This document shows, piece by piece, positions 7,889-16,891 of a stretch of DNA of 64,000 nucleotides; position 1 is the first letter of the stretch, and the number at the start of each line of letters is the position of its first letter. The notes beneath the pieces are model-generated. The model was not told where the DNA came from. It worked only from the letters and a program-made list of their open reading frames with translations, and searched no databases. Both the position numbers and the translations under genes were made by a program. The DNA comes from Acidimicrobiia bacterium (lineage in GTDB: Bacteria; Actinomycetota; Acidimicrobiia; Spongiisociales; Spongiisociaceae), in NCBI GenBank assembly GCA_009838635.1, contig VXRE01000020.1, positions 2,633 through 66,632 on the forward strand, read 5' to 3'.

Positions 7889-7973
7889 TTGCTAGTTGCT
7901 AGTCGTTAGCTAATGGTTACTAACCACGTGTTTTTCAACTAGCAACTAGCAACTACAAACTAGCAACTAGCTA
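7886..7973. repeat. CTAG-heptad inverted array, locus B (putative bidirectional terminator/insulator)
   Basis: Left arm: TAG TTGCTAG TTGCTAG TCGTTAG. Right arm: CAACTAG CAACTAG CAACTAC AAACTAG CAACTAG CTA. Positions 7886-7902 are perfectly complementary to 7939-7955 (17 bp). The outer TAG and CTA are the stops of the two convergent genes. Confidence 0.85.
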
Positions 7974-8714
7974 AAGGATCTGGCTGAGGAAGAGCTTGGT
8001 GCGGTCGTGCTGGGGGTTATGGAAGAAGTGCTCCGGAGTTCCCTCCTCCACCACCATCCCGTAGTCGAAGAAGAGCACCCGATCGGCGACTTCCCGGGCG
8101 AAGCCCATCTCGTGGGTGACCACGATCATCGTCATGCCCGACTCGGCCAGTTCCTTCATCACGTCGAGGACTTCCTTGATCATCTCGGGGTCGAGCGCCG
8201 AGGTGGGCTCGTCGAAGAGCATGATCTTCGGGTTCATGGCCAGGGCGCGGGCGATGGCCACCCGCTGTTGCTGGCCTCCCGATAGCTGGCCCGGGTACTT
8301 GTGCGCCTGCTCCGGTATGCCGACCCGCTCCAGCAGTTTCATGGCGGCGGCCTCGGAGGACGACCTGGTCCGGTTACGAGCCCAGATCGGCGCCAGGGTG
8401 ATGTTCTGCATGACCGTGAGATGGGGGAACAGGTTGAACTGCTGGAACACCATGCCGACCTCGCGGCGGATGGCGTCGATGTTGCGGAGGTCGTTGGTCA
8501 ACTCCATCCCATCGACCACGATCCGCCCTGCCTGATGGGCCTCGAGGCGGTTTATGCAACGGATGAAGGTGGACTTGCCGGAGCCGGAGGGTCCGATCAC
8601 CACCACCACCTCGCCCCAGCCGATCGAGGTTGACACCCCGCTCAGAGCCTGGAAGTCACCGAACCACTTCTTTACGTCCTCGCAGATGATCGCCTGGGAT
8701 CCGTTGGTGGTCAT
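7971..8714 (-). CDS. Polar amino-acid ABC transporter ATP-binding protein (AapP/GlnQ-like)
   Basis: 247 aa with Walker [10 protein letters not shown], signature [19 protein letters not shown], Walker [13 protein letters not shown] and an H-loop VTHEM. Confidence 0.92.
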   Translation of the reverse strand: MTTNGSQAIICEDVKKWFGDFQALSGVSTSIGWGEVVVVIGPSGSGKSTFIRCINRLEAHQAGRIVVDGMELTNDLRNIDAIRREVGMVFQQFNLFPHLTVMQNITLAPIWARNRTRSSSEAAAMKLLERVGIPEQAHKYPGQLSGGQQQRVAIARALAMNPKIMLFDEPTSALDPEMIKEVLDVMKELAESGMTMIVVTHEMGFAREVADRVLFFDYGMVVEEGTPEHFFHNPQHDRTKLFLSQIL

Positions 8715-8738
8715 TACATCCTCCTCAGTGATTCGGCA

Positions 8739-11225
8739 TCAGCGTTCTCCAAGACCGAGGCTGCGCTCGTAGCGCATGCTCAGCTTCGAGATCGTGAAGG
8801 TAACTATCCAGTAGAACAACGCCATGAAGAACATCATCTGGGGCAGGGTGCCCTGGAAGTTGGGGTCGCTCTGCTGAGGTATGAAGCTGCGAGCGATCAG
8901 CAGGATGTCGGCCAGCCCGATTATGGCCACCAGCGAGGTGTCCTTGAAGGCGACGATGATCGACCCGACCAGCGCCGGGATCACCGTCCGCACCGCCTGG
9001 GGCAGGATCACCAGCGAGGTGGACTGGACGATGCTCAGGCCGGCAGCCCTGGCCGCCTCGTACTGGCCCCGGTCGATGGCCTGCAGTCCCCCCCTGATGT
9101 TCTCGGCCACATAGGCCGAGTTGAAGATGGTGATGGCCGCGACTATCCGGACGATCTCGTCGAACTCCACTCCGGCCGGAAGGAAAGCGGTCAGCATGGC
9201 CGAGCCGAAGAACAGCCAGGTGATCATCGGCACGCTTCGGACCAGTTCGATGTACCCGGTGGCCAGCAGCCGGAAGATGGGCATCGAGGAGGTTCGCGCC
9301 AGGGCGAGGATCAGGCCGACGGGAAGGGACAGTGCGATGCCGCTGACGGCCAGCAGGATGGTCAGGTTGAAACCGCCCAGGAAGGTGGTTCCCTGGAACT
9401 CGAGGGATGTGCTGGCAGCGCCCAGCCGGAACCCCACCACTGTCAGCACCGCAACGACTGTCCAGGCTCGGACCAGGTTGGTCCTTCCCCGCTGGGTTCC
9501 TCCGAAGGTCGGCGTCACCAGCAGGAACAGGGTGAAGGCGACTATCAGTGTGCGGTAGAGGAAGGGCATCGGGATGAACCAGATCGACAGGCACACCACC
9601 GCAAGGCCCGCAGCCGATGCGCGAACCTTCTCCACCGGCTCTTTGATCGTGAAGGCGGCGGCAAGTATTGCCAGGCCGACCAGCACCAACCCCACGGTGA
9701 GCCAGAGCGGCTCCTCCCCGGAGGCGAATGGCAGGGCTGCTGTCACCAGCCCGATGGCCGCCACCACCGCGGTGGAGGCATGCCCTCTCGGGGGGAGGCC
9801 CAGGACCCAGAGCGCGCCGCCACCCAGTGTCACTGCCAGGAGGATGGAGACGACATCCGAGCGCACGAAGGCGGTCAGGCCCGATTCGTCGACGAACGTG
9901 GCACCCAGCCGGAACGCCACCACCGTCAGCACCGTGGCCGCCACCCAGACCCGGACCAGGTAGGTCCTCCCCCGCTGCGTTCGTCCCACGGTGGGCGTTA
10001 CGAGCAGGAACAGGGTGAAGGCGGTGACCAGGACCCGGAACAGGAACGGCATCGGGACGAGCCAGATCAACAGGCAAGCCAGGACAAGGCCGGCAGCCGC
10101 CGCCCTGACCGTCACCACCGGCTCCTTGATCGTCAGGGCGGCGATCAGTGTCGCCAACCCGATCAGCACCAACCCCGCCGCGACCCAGAGCGGCTCCTCG
10201 CCGGAAGTGAGTGGCAGGGCGGCTATCACCAGCCCGATAGCCGCCACCACCGCGGCGCCGGTCGGTCCTCTGGGCAGAGCGACCAGCACCCGGAGCGCGC
10301 CGGCGCCCAGCACTATGCCCAGCAGCAAGATCATGTCGGTCCAGTCGAGGACCGGGTTGCGCTGGATGATGAAGATGATCACCGGATAGGACAGGACCCA
10401 GGCCGAGATGAGGAACCGCCGGAAGGCGCGGGGCCAGATGCGTTCGATCAGGATCCCGAGGGGGTAGACGGCCACCGCCAGCACGAACAGAGTCGTCCAC
10501 GGGCCGGCGGTGGTGGCGGCTATCGGTGCGGTGGTCTGGTCGAACTGGCCCAACGGGACCGGGAGTTCCATGGTCCATAGGAGCGCGGCCACCGCCGCCA
10601 TGACCATCACCGGCACGCTCAGCAGCGGGATCGTCGGTGACGGATCGGCGGCGCGGCTCCACCGGACGCCGAAGTGGGCCAGGACGGCCACCAGGACCGC
10701 GGCCACGAGTATCCAGGCACGTACGCTGCTCCAGTTGGCGGGCGAGTCGAACTGCAGGCCGGGAATACCGAAGGTGCGCGCCTCGGCCGCATGGTGCATG
10801 ATCGCCGTCACCGCCACCAGGACAGCGCCGCTCCTCAAGCCTCCCGCGAAGGTGGTGAGCTCGAGCCGTCCTCCTACCTTCCAGGACGCCATGGACCAGA
10901 CCACCAGGACAATGAATATGCCCAGGGACGTCCAGATCCGGATCAGGTCGTCCTGCGGGAAGGCCTGGACCATCAGCAGCTTCGCATTGTGGGTGACCGC
11001 CGCCCACTTGCGTTCCGGAGCGAAGAGGTACGAGGTGATGAACCGCAGGATGTTCAGGAGCACCAGGGCGAATGCCAGGGTGAGGAACGAGTTGAAGGCG
11101 ATCTGTCCCCAGGTGTGGCCCGAGAAGAGGTTATCGCGCATCCAGCGCCACGGCCCGGTGGGCGGGGGCTCGGGAGCCCGCTCGGTCATGTCGGCGGCAA
11201 CGGCGGCGGATGCGGGGTCAGTCAT
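8739..11225 (-). CDS. Amino-acid ABC transporter permease (AapM/His-Glu-Gln-Arg-opine family core) with a ~600-aa polytopic N-terminal extension
   Basis: The C-terminal ~220 aa carry the canonical permease core (RTSSMPIFRLLATGYIELVRSVPMITWLFF ... EAARAAGLS ... ILPQAVRTVIPALVG). The preceding part is all TM helices and includes a tandem duplication. Confidence 0.8.
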   Translation of the reverse strand: MTDPASAAVAADMTERAPEPPPTGPWRWMRDNLFSGHTWGQIAFNSFLTLAFALVLLNILRFITSYLFAPERKWAAVTHNAKLLMVQAFPQDDLIRIWTSLGIFIVLVVWSMASWKVGGRLELTTFAGGLRSGAVLVAVTAIMHHAAEARTFGIPGLQFDSPANWSSVRAWILVAAVLVAVLAHFGVRWSRAADPSPTIPLLSVPVMVMAAVAALLWTMELPVPLGQFDQTTAPIAATTAGPWTTLFVLAVAVYPLGILIERIWPRAFRRFLISAWVLSYPVIIFIIQRNPVLDWTDMILLLGIVLGAGALRVLVALPRGPTGAAVVAAIGLVIAALPLTSGEEPLWVAAGLVLIGLATLIAALTIKEPVVTVRAAAAGLVLACLLIWLVPMPFLFRVLVTAFTLFLLVTPTVGRTQRGRTYLVRVWVAATVLTVVAFRLGATFVDESGLTAFVRSDVVSILLAVTLGGGALWVLGLPPRGHASTAVVAAIGLVTAALPFASGEEPLWLTVGLVLVGLAILAAAFTIKEPVEKVRASAAGLAVVCLSIWFIPMPFLYRTLIVAFTLFLLVTPTFGGTQRGRTNLVRAWTVVAVLTVVGFRLGAASTSLEFQGTTFLGGFNLTILLAVSGIALSLPVGLILALARTSSMPIFRLLATGYIELVRSVPMITWLFFGSAMLTAFLPAGVEFDEIVRIVAAITIFNSAYVAENIRGGLQAIDRGQYEAARAAGLSIVQSTSLVILPQAVRTVIPALVGSIIVAFKDTSLVAIIGLADILLIARSFIPQQSDPNFQGTLPQMMFFMALFYWIVTFTISKLSMRYERSLGLGER

Positions 11226-11226
11226 G

Positions 11227-12804
11227 TCAGCGCTCCACCAGAGCCATCTTGCGGTTGTAGTAGTTCACGATGCCCGACAGGATCAGGCTCACGAGCGAGT
11301 AGAAGCCCATCCAGAAGATGAACACCGCCAGCGCCTGGCCTTCCTGGTTGAAGATGGTCTGGCCGACCTGGACGATGTCGGCGTAGGCCACGGCGATACC
11401 CAAGGAGGTGTTCTTGGCCAGGTTCAGATACTGGGAACCGAGCGGGGGAAGGATGATCCGGAAGGCTTGGGGCAGCACGACCAGGCGCAGCACCTGGCCC
11501 CGGCGCAGACCGACCGCCGCGGCGGCCTCACCCTGACCGCGCGGCACGGCCATGATCCCGGCCCGCACGATCTCGGCGATGAAGGCGGCGGTGTAGAGCG
11601 TGACTCCCATCCAGACCGCCATGAAGCCCGGTGTGAGTGCCTTACCGACCTCGTGGGAGTACTGGGGGAATCTGGTGGGCACCACCACCTCGGGAAGGGT
11701 GAAGCGCAGGGGGGCGCCGCCGGCAAAGTCGAACCGTGACGCCAGGAAGTCGAAGAGCGGCTCGAATCCCCAGTTCATCTGGTACCAGAGCGTCCGTCCC
11801 AGAACACTGGAGAGGGTTGCCTGCCCGGCCCCGGATACGAAGAACAGCATCACCCCGACTCCCACCAAGGCCGCCACCGCCAAGCGGAAGTAGTCGTCAT
11901 CCGAGAGTTTGGCCATCCCGGCGGGCGACCGGAGCCGCCTCAGATAACGCACTATGTATAGGGCCGCCAGCACGACAGCGAGGGCGGCCAGTACCAGCTG
12001 GAGACCGATCACCGGTACCACCGCGGCCACCCAGGCGAGGGCGGTGAACAGCCATCCCAATACCCCGGCGGCGGGATGGGCGAACCATCCTCCCACCAGG
12101 AAGACGGCGAAAGTGGCAATCGACCAAGCGAAGGCGTGGGTATCGTGCCCCTCTCGCTCCTGGAGCGCGATCCGGCGCCGGTACACCCAGCGGGCCGCCA
12201 CCACGCCGAGGATCAGCACCACGGTGTACTGCCAGCGGCCGGCCAGGGGGGTGAGCCAGGGCATGGCGATGCCCTTGGGGCTGGCGAACAGCCACCGGGG
12301 CCCCTCCATCTCGGGGGTCAGGTCCGGCAGGAGGCCGACGATCAGCGCCTGCCAGAAGAGGATCTGGACGAGCAGCGGGATGTTGCGGAAGAACTCGATG
12401 TAGGCGTTGGCGATCCTGGAGACGATCCAGTTGGACGACAGCCTCGAGATCCCGATCACCGTGCCGAGGATGGTGGCAGCGATGACACCGCTCCAGGTGA
12501 CCCTCAGCATGTTCACCATTCCCACCGCCAGCGCCTCCAGGCCCGACTCGGGATCGGTGTTGAACCCCTCGCCGAGCTTGACGCCCAGTGGTTCGCCCAG
12601 GAAGTCCCACGAGAAAGGGATGCCGGTAGCCCGAAGATTGCTGGTGGCCTGGGTTATGACGACATAGCCCAGCCAGAGGAGGCCGACGAGGATGCCGATT
12701 TGCGTCGCCCATTTGATGACGACCACGTTGCGCCATATGGGTACGCGGGTCTGAGAGGATCGGTCGGGGGGCGTGACCAATTGACCTTCCGTTCTAGCCG
12801 GCAC
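11227..12804 (-). CDS. Amino-acid ABC transporter permease (AapQ-like), enlarged
   Basis: 525 aa. The N-terminus resembles AapQ (IWRNVVVIKWATQIGILVG ... FSWDFLGEPLGVKLGEGF). The C-terminal core has EAAAAVGLRRGQVLRLVVLPQAFRIILPPLGSQYLNLAKNTSLGIAVAY. Confidence 0.85.
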   Translation of the reverse strand: MPARTEGQLVTPPDRSSQTRVPIWRNVVVIKWATQIGILVGLLWLGYVVITQATSNLRATGIPFSWDFLGEPLGVKLGEGFNTDPESGLEALAVGMVNMLRVTWSGVIAATILGTVIGISRLSSNWIVSRIANAYIEFFRNIPLLVQILFWQALIVGLLPDLTPEMEGPRWLFASPKGIAMPWLTPLAGRWQYTVVLILGVVAARWVYRRRIALQEREGHDTHAFAWSIATFAVFLVGGWFAHPAAGVLGWLFTALAWVAAVVPVIGLQLVLAALAVVLAALYIVRYLRRLRSPAGMAKLSDDDYFRLAVAALVGVGVMLFFVSGAGQATLSSVLGRTLWYQMNWGFEPLFDFLASRFDFAGGAPLRFTLPEVVVPTRFPQYSHEVGKALTPGFMAVWMGVTLYTAAFIAEIVRAGIMAVPRGQGEAAAAVGLRRGQVLRLVVLPQAFRIILPPLGSQYLNLAKNTSLGIAVAYADIVQVGQTIFNQEGQALAVFIFWMGFYSLVSLILSGIVNYYNRKMALVER

Positions 12805-12923
12805 TCAGACAATACCAACTAGGAGGTGGTCTGGCTGTGGAACAGGGGAGCGGGGTGGCTTCGGCAGCGGCGCCGATGACTGCCAGAGCACGCCTGGTTG
12901 TTGACAGACAGAACGCATACGCG

Positions 12924-12954
12924 AGGAGGGGGCACCTGGCCGGTGCCCCCTCCT
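12924..12954 (-). terminator. Intercistronic 12-bp GC hairpin between the binding-protein gene and the permease genes (partial terminator or mRNA stabiliser)
   Basis: AGGAGGGGGCAC-ctggccg-GTGCCCCCTCCT forms a perfect 12-bp stem, 22 nt downstream of the binding-protein stop. Confidence 0.5.
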
Positions 12955-12975
12955 TGTTTCCGATTGACTTGGTTG

Positions 12976-14121
12976 CTACCGGGCCGGTGGTGCGTAGACC
13001 AGACCGCCCTCGGTCCAGCGGGCGTTGGCAGACCCGGCTCGGGCGAACCCGAGCGGGTGCAGGTTGTTGACGTAGATCTCGTCATAGTTGCCGACCTGCC
13101 GGATGGCCTGGGCATACGCGTCAGCCGCCAGACCCATCTTGGTCTGAAGCTCGTCCTCGCCTACGCCGAGGAAGCGACCCGCTTCGGGGTCGGGCGGGTT
13201 CGCCACCATCTCGTCGATGTTCTGGGAGGTGACTCCCTTCTCGTCGGCGATGATCAGGATGTACACCAACCAGTTCACCACGTCGGCCCACTGGCTGTCG
13301 TTCTGCCGGTACATGGGGCCGAGCGGCTCCTTGGAGATCGGGGTGGTCGGGAAGATGATCCAGTCTCCCTCGGCAATCTCGCCGTTCTGGATGGCGGCAT
13401 AGCGATGGCCGAAGAGGGCCGAGCCGTCGGTGGTCACCAGGTCGCAGGAACCCGCCCGGAAGAGATCCATGGCCTCCGGGAAGTTCTCCACGGTCACCAG
13501 CTCGATCTCGGCGCCGACCACGCGGGCGCCCTCGGTGATGTTCTTCTCGGTGGTGGTACCGGCGTTGGTGCAGAGCCTGGCGCCGTCCACGTCCACCAGA
13601 GTCGAGGCATCGTTGAATCCGAAGTCGGCCTTGCCCATGATCTGCTGTCCGTCGTAGAACGTGGTGGGCCCGAAGTCACCGCCGATCTCCGTATCCCGGC
13701 TCTGGGTCCAGGTGGTGTTACGGAACAGCACGTCGACCTCACCGGCGGCCAGCACGTTGAAGCGCTCGGCGGCGGTGGTGCCCACGAACTCGACGGCGTT
13801 GGCATCACCGAGCACGGCCGCGGCAAGAGCGCGGCAGTAGTCGGCGTCGAATCCGATGTAGGAGCCGTCGTCCTGGGGCTCGGCGAAGCCGATGGCGGCG
13901 GTCGACACGCCGCATCTCAGGCTACCGCGGGCCTGTATCTCGGCCAGCGTGCCGCCCTGACTGGGTACGACCACCACTTCCTCGGGCTGGGTGGTGGTTG
14001 CCTGGGTTGCCGCTGTGGTCGTCTCCTGGGCGGCTGTCGTGGCGGCCGGCTCGTCGTCGGCTCCGCACGAAGCAACGACCATCGCAAGCACCACGAACAG
14101 TGGTACGAGCCTTCGAGTCAT
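12976..14121 (-). CDS. Amino-acid ABC transporter substrate-binding lipoprotein (AapJ-like)
   Basis: From ATG 14121: MTRRLVPLFVVLAMVVASCGADDE, a signal peptide plus lipobox. The remainder is periplasmic-binding-protein family 3-like. The ORF-track start at 14280 is probably too long. Confidence 0.85.
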   Translation of the reverse strand: MTRRLVPLFVVLAMVVASCGADDEPAATTAAQETTTAATQATTTQPEEVVVVPSQGGTLAEIQARGSLRCGVSTAAIGFAEPQDDGSYIGFDADYCRALAAAVLGDANAVEFVGTTAAERFNVLAAGEVDVLFRNTTWTQSRDTEIGGDFGPTTFYDGQQIMGKADFGFNDASTLVDVDGARLCTNAGTTTEKNITEGARVVGAEIELVTVENFPEAMDLFRAGSCDLVTTDGSALFGHRYAAIQNGEIAEGDWIIFPTTPISKEPLGPMYRQNDSQWADVVNWLVYILIIADEKGVTSQNIDEMVANPPDPEAGRFLGVGEDELQTKMGLAADAYAQAIRQVGNYDEIYVNNLHPLGFARAGSANARWTEGGLVYAPPAR

Positions 14122-14185
14122 AAGTAGGCCCCTTTCGGTTCTCGCGTTTAGGTTCGGCATCATCCCCACCTGCCGGGACTTCTGG

Positions 14186-16036
14186 CTATAAAACCGCCGC
14201 ATGCTGGTGTTGCTTGACCGCCGAGACGATCCCAGAAGCGTCCATCCGGTAACGGGCGAGAATTTCATCGATCTTACCATGAGGCAAATGTGCAGTCGGG
14301 AGGCCGATCGTCACAACTTTCGCGGACCCGGCGCCGTCCACCTGGTCGCGGATCGCCTGCCCGATCCCACCGGCTCGCAGCCCGTCCTCGACGGTGACCA
14401 CCAGTCCGTGCTGGGCGGCGTCGGCGATCATCACCGGATCGAGCGGCTTCACCACCCTCGGGTCCCACACCGAGCAGCTGATTCCCTCGAGTTCGAGGAG
14501 GTCGGCCGCCTCGCAGGCGGTCTCCAGCATCTTGCCGATCCCGATGAGGCAGACGTCGGATCCCTCGCGGACCCGGCGGGCCGACAATCCGGATCCAACC
14601 TCGTCGATCGATGCTCGGAGGGGTGGCGTCTTGGGCCACCGGATGGCCGAGGGGCCGGAGGTTATCTCCATCGCGGTGTCGAGCATCACGGGGAGCTCCT
14701 CGTACGAGGAGGGGGCGAAGATGGTCATGCCCGGGATCTTGGACAGCAGGACCATGTCGAGGAGTCCGTGATGGGAGGCGCCGTCGTCTCCCGTGATGCC
14801 GGCCCGGTCGAGGCAGAAGATGACCGGGCAACCGTGGAGGGCGGTATCGAGGTTGATCTGGTCGAGCGCCCGGGTGAGGAAGGTGGAGTAGATGGCCACC
14901 ACCGGGCGGAGGCCTCCCATAGCCATGCCCGTGGCCATCGCCACGGCGTGCTGCTCCGCGATTCCGACATCGAAGACCCGGTCGGGGTACCGGTTCTGGA
15001 ACGGCAGCACGCCGGTCGAGTCGGGCATGGCGGCGGTGATCGCCACCAGCTCGGGATGGCGGTCGGCGAGCGCCAGCAAATGGTCGGCAAAGGCGGACGT
15101 GTAGCTCCCCTCCTTGATGGACGAGAGGTCATGCATCGCCTTGATGGGATCGTTCTCGGCGGGGGCGTAGCCGCGGCCCTTCTGGGTGATCACATGGACC
15201 ACGGTGGGTCCGCTCATCGCCCGGACGTTCTTGAGGATTCGTTCGAGCTCGGGCAGGTCGTGGCCGTTGAACGGACCGAAGTAGCGGATGCCGAACTGCT
15301 CGAAGATCTGGGGCGGTTCCCACATCTGGCGGATGGCCACCTCGGTGGCGTCTATCCCACGGCTCACCAGGTCCGCAACCCAGGGAATCGACTCGGCGAT
15401 CGAGCGGGCCACGCCCTGCCCGCGCTCGTAGACGTTGGTGGTCCGTAGCTTGATGAGGCTCTCGGACAGCCTCGAGATGGTTGGTGCGTAGGAACGGCCG
15501 TTGTCATTGAGGACGATGGTGACGTCGGCGCCGGAGTGACCGATGTTGTTGAGCCCCTCGAGCGCCATGCCTCCGGTCAGCGAGCCATCGCCCACCACCG
15601 CTACCACCTGCCGGTCATCACCCCCGGCCTGGAAGGCGGCGGCCAGACCGTGGGAGTAGGAGAGCGCGGTCGAGGCGTGGCTGTTCTCGATCCAGTCGTG
15701 CTCCGACTCGGCCCGGCTGGGATAACCGGACATTCCATCGGGAAGCCGGAGGGTGGCGAACTGGCGCCGTCGCCCGGTCAGCAGCTTGTGAGGGTAGGCC
15801 TGGTGCCCGGTGTCGAAGAGGATGGCGTCGTGGGGGGACCGGAAGACACGGTGCAGGGCCAGGGTGAGCTCGACTATGCCCAGGTTCGACCCCAGGTGGC
15901 CGCCGTTCCGGGTGACCGTGGCCACGATGAGGTGGCGGATCTCGGTGGACAGCTCCTCCAGCTCCTCGTAGCCGAGAGCTCGAAGGTCGGCGGGTCCCCG
16001 GATGGTCTCCAGGAGGGGCGTATCGGGAAGTGTCAT
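14186..16036 (-). CDS. dxs: 1-deoxy-D-xylulose-5-phosphate synthase
   Basis: MTLPDTPLLETIRGPADLRAL ... GHLGSNLGIVELTLALH ... GHQAYPHKLLTGRR ... VVAVVGDGSLTGGMALEGLNN. These are typical Dxs ThDP motifs. Confidence 0.95.
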   Translation of the reverse strand: MTLPDTPLLETIRGPADLRALGYEELEELSTEIRHLIVATVTRNGGHLGSNLGIVELTLALHRVFRSPHDAILFDTGHQAYPHKLLTGRRRQFATLRLPDGMSGYPSRAESEHDWIENSHASTALSYSHGLAAAFQAGGDDRQVVAVVGDGSLTGGMALEGLNNIGHSGADVTIVLNDNGRSYAPTISRLSESLIKLRTTNVYERGQGVARSIAESIPWVADLVSRGIDATEVAIRQMWEPPQIFEQFGIRYFGPFNGHDLPELERILKNVRAMSGPTVVHVITQKGRGYAPAENDPIKAMHDLSSIKEGSYTSAFADHLLALADRHPELVAITAAMPDSTGVLPFQNRYPDRVFDVGIAEQHAVAMATGMAMGGLRPVVAIYSTFLTRALDQINLDTALHGCPVIFCLDRAGITGDDGASHHGLLDMVLLSKIPGMTIFAPSSYEELPVMLDTAMEITSGPSAIRWPKTPPLRASIDEVGSGLSARRVREGSDVCLIGIGKMLETACEAADLLELEGISCSVWDPRVVKPLDPVMIADAAQHGLVVTVEDGLRAGGIGQAIRDQVDGAGSAKVVTIGLPTAHLPHGKIDEILARYRMDASGIVSAVKQHQHAAVL

Positions 16037-16115
16037 TGTCAATACTCTACAGGCGAAACCCGGTTCACCGCCCAACTTCGCAGGGTGACCGAAAATACCC
16101 GGGCAAATGGGCCTT

Positions 16116-16778
16116 TCAGCCTCCCGGTCCCTGACCGGGCGCCCGCTCCCGGGAGCGTTCCAGCATCTCGACCACCGTGGCGTCCGGAGTGGGGCGGAAG
16201 TCGCGGTAGAACATGCCGATGGCCGCGAACCGCCGCGGCGTGTGCGCCACCACCAACTCGTCAGCCACCTCCGCGAATATCGCCGATGCGTCGCGGGGAG
16301 CGACCGGCGCGGTCAATACGACCCGACCGGCCCCGAGGCGACGGGTGATCAGGCAGGCGGCCCGGGCTGTGGCCCCCGTGGCGATGCCGTCATCGACGAT
16401 CACCGCGGTCTTGCCCCCCAGGTCTGCGGGAGGGGCTTCGCCCCGGAACCGTTCCGCCTGGCGGGCCAACTCCCGGCGCTCTCGCCGTTCAACCCGTTCG
16501 ACGGCCTCCGGCCGGATCCCGAGCCTTTCGATCCGCCGCTCATCCAGGACGCGTACCCCGCCCTCCCCGATGGCGCCCATAGCAAGCTCCGGCTGGGTCG
16601 GTACTCCCAGCTTGCGGACCAGCAACACCTCCAGGGGGGCGGCAAGGTGCCGCGCGATCTCGTAGCCGACCGGGACCCCGCCCCTGGGCAGGCCCAGGAT
16701 CACGGTGGGCTCGTTGCCGAGGTGGTCCAGCATGCCTGCCAGCACCCGGCCGGCGTGCGACCGGTCGGTGAACCTCAT
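16116..16778 (-). CDS. Phosphoribosyltransferase-family protein
   Basis: MRFTDRSHAGRVLAGML ... ILGLPRGGVPVGYEIA ... VIVDDGIATGATARAA (PRPP-binding loop). Confidence 0.8.
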   Translation of the reverse strand: MRFTDRSHAGRVLAGMLDHLGNEPTVILGLPRGGVPVGYEIARHLAAPLEVLLVRKLGVPTQPELAMGAIGEGGVRVLDERRIERLGIRPEAVERVERRERRELARQAERFRGEAPPADLGGKTAVIVDDGIATGATARAACLITRRLGAGRVVLTAPVAPRDASAIFAEVADELVVAHTPRRFAAIGMFYRDFRPTPDATVVEMLERSRERAPGQGPGG

Positions 16779-16891
16779 GCCTCGTTCCGTGTCATGCGGT
16801 GATTGTGCCATCGGGCAGGGCTAACCTGCCCTCCGGGCCGGTACGGATACGGCCTCGAAGAACGTTCTTTCAATCGGAATGGTGGCACGAT

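Noticed and set aside
7886-7973. The heptad arrays considered as CRISPR arrays or as ordinary microsatellites.
   Set aside because: The units are only 7 nt with no spacers and no cas genes, so they are not CRISPR. Their strict placement at convergent gene ends, inverted-arm architecture and use as stop codons argue against random microsatellite slippage.
8725-11007. A 760-aa ORF on the same strand as the large ABC permease, in another frame. Long plus-strand ORFs 9780..10580, 10510..11739 and 12898..14127 were also noted.
   Set aside because: These are Pro/Arg/Gly-dominated translations with no TM or enzyme motifs. The overlapping frames encode recognisable ABC transporter components, so these are high-GC shadow ORFs.
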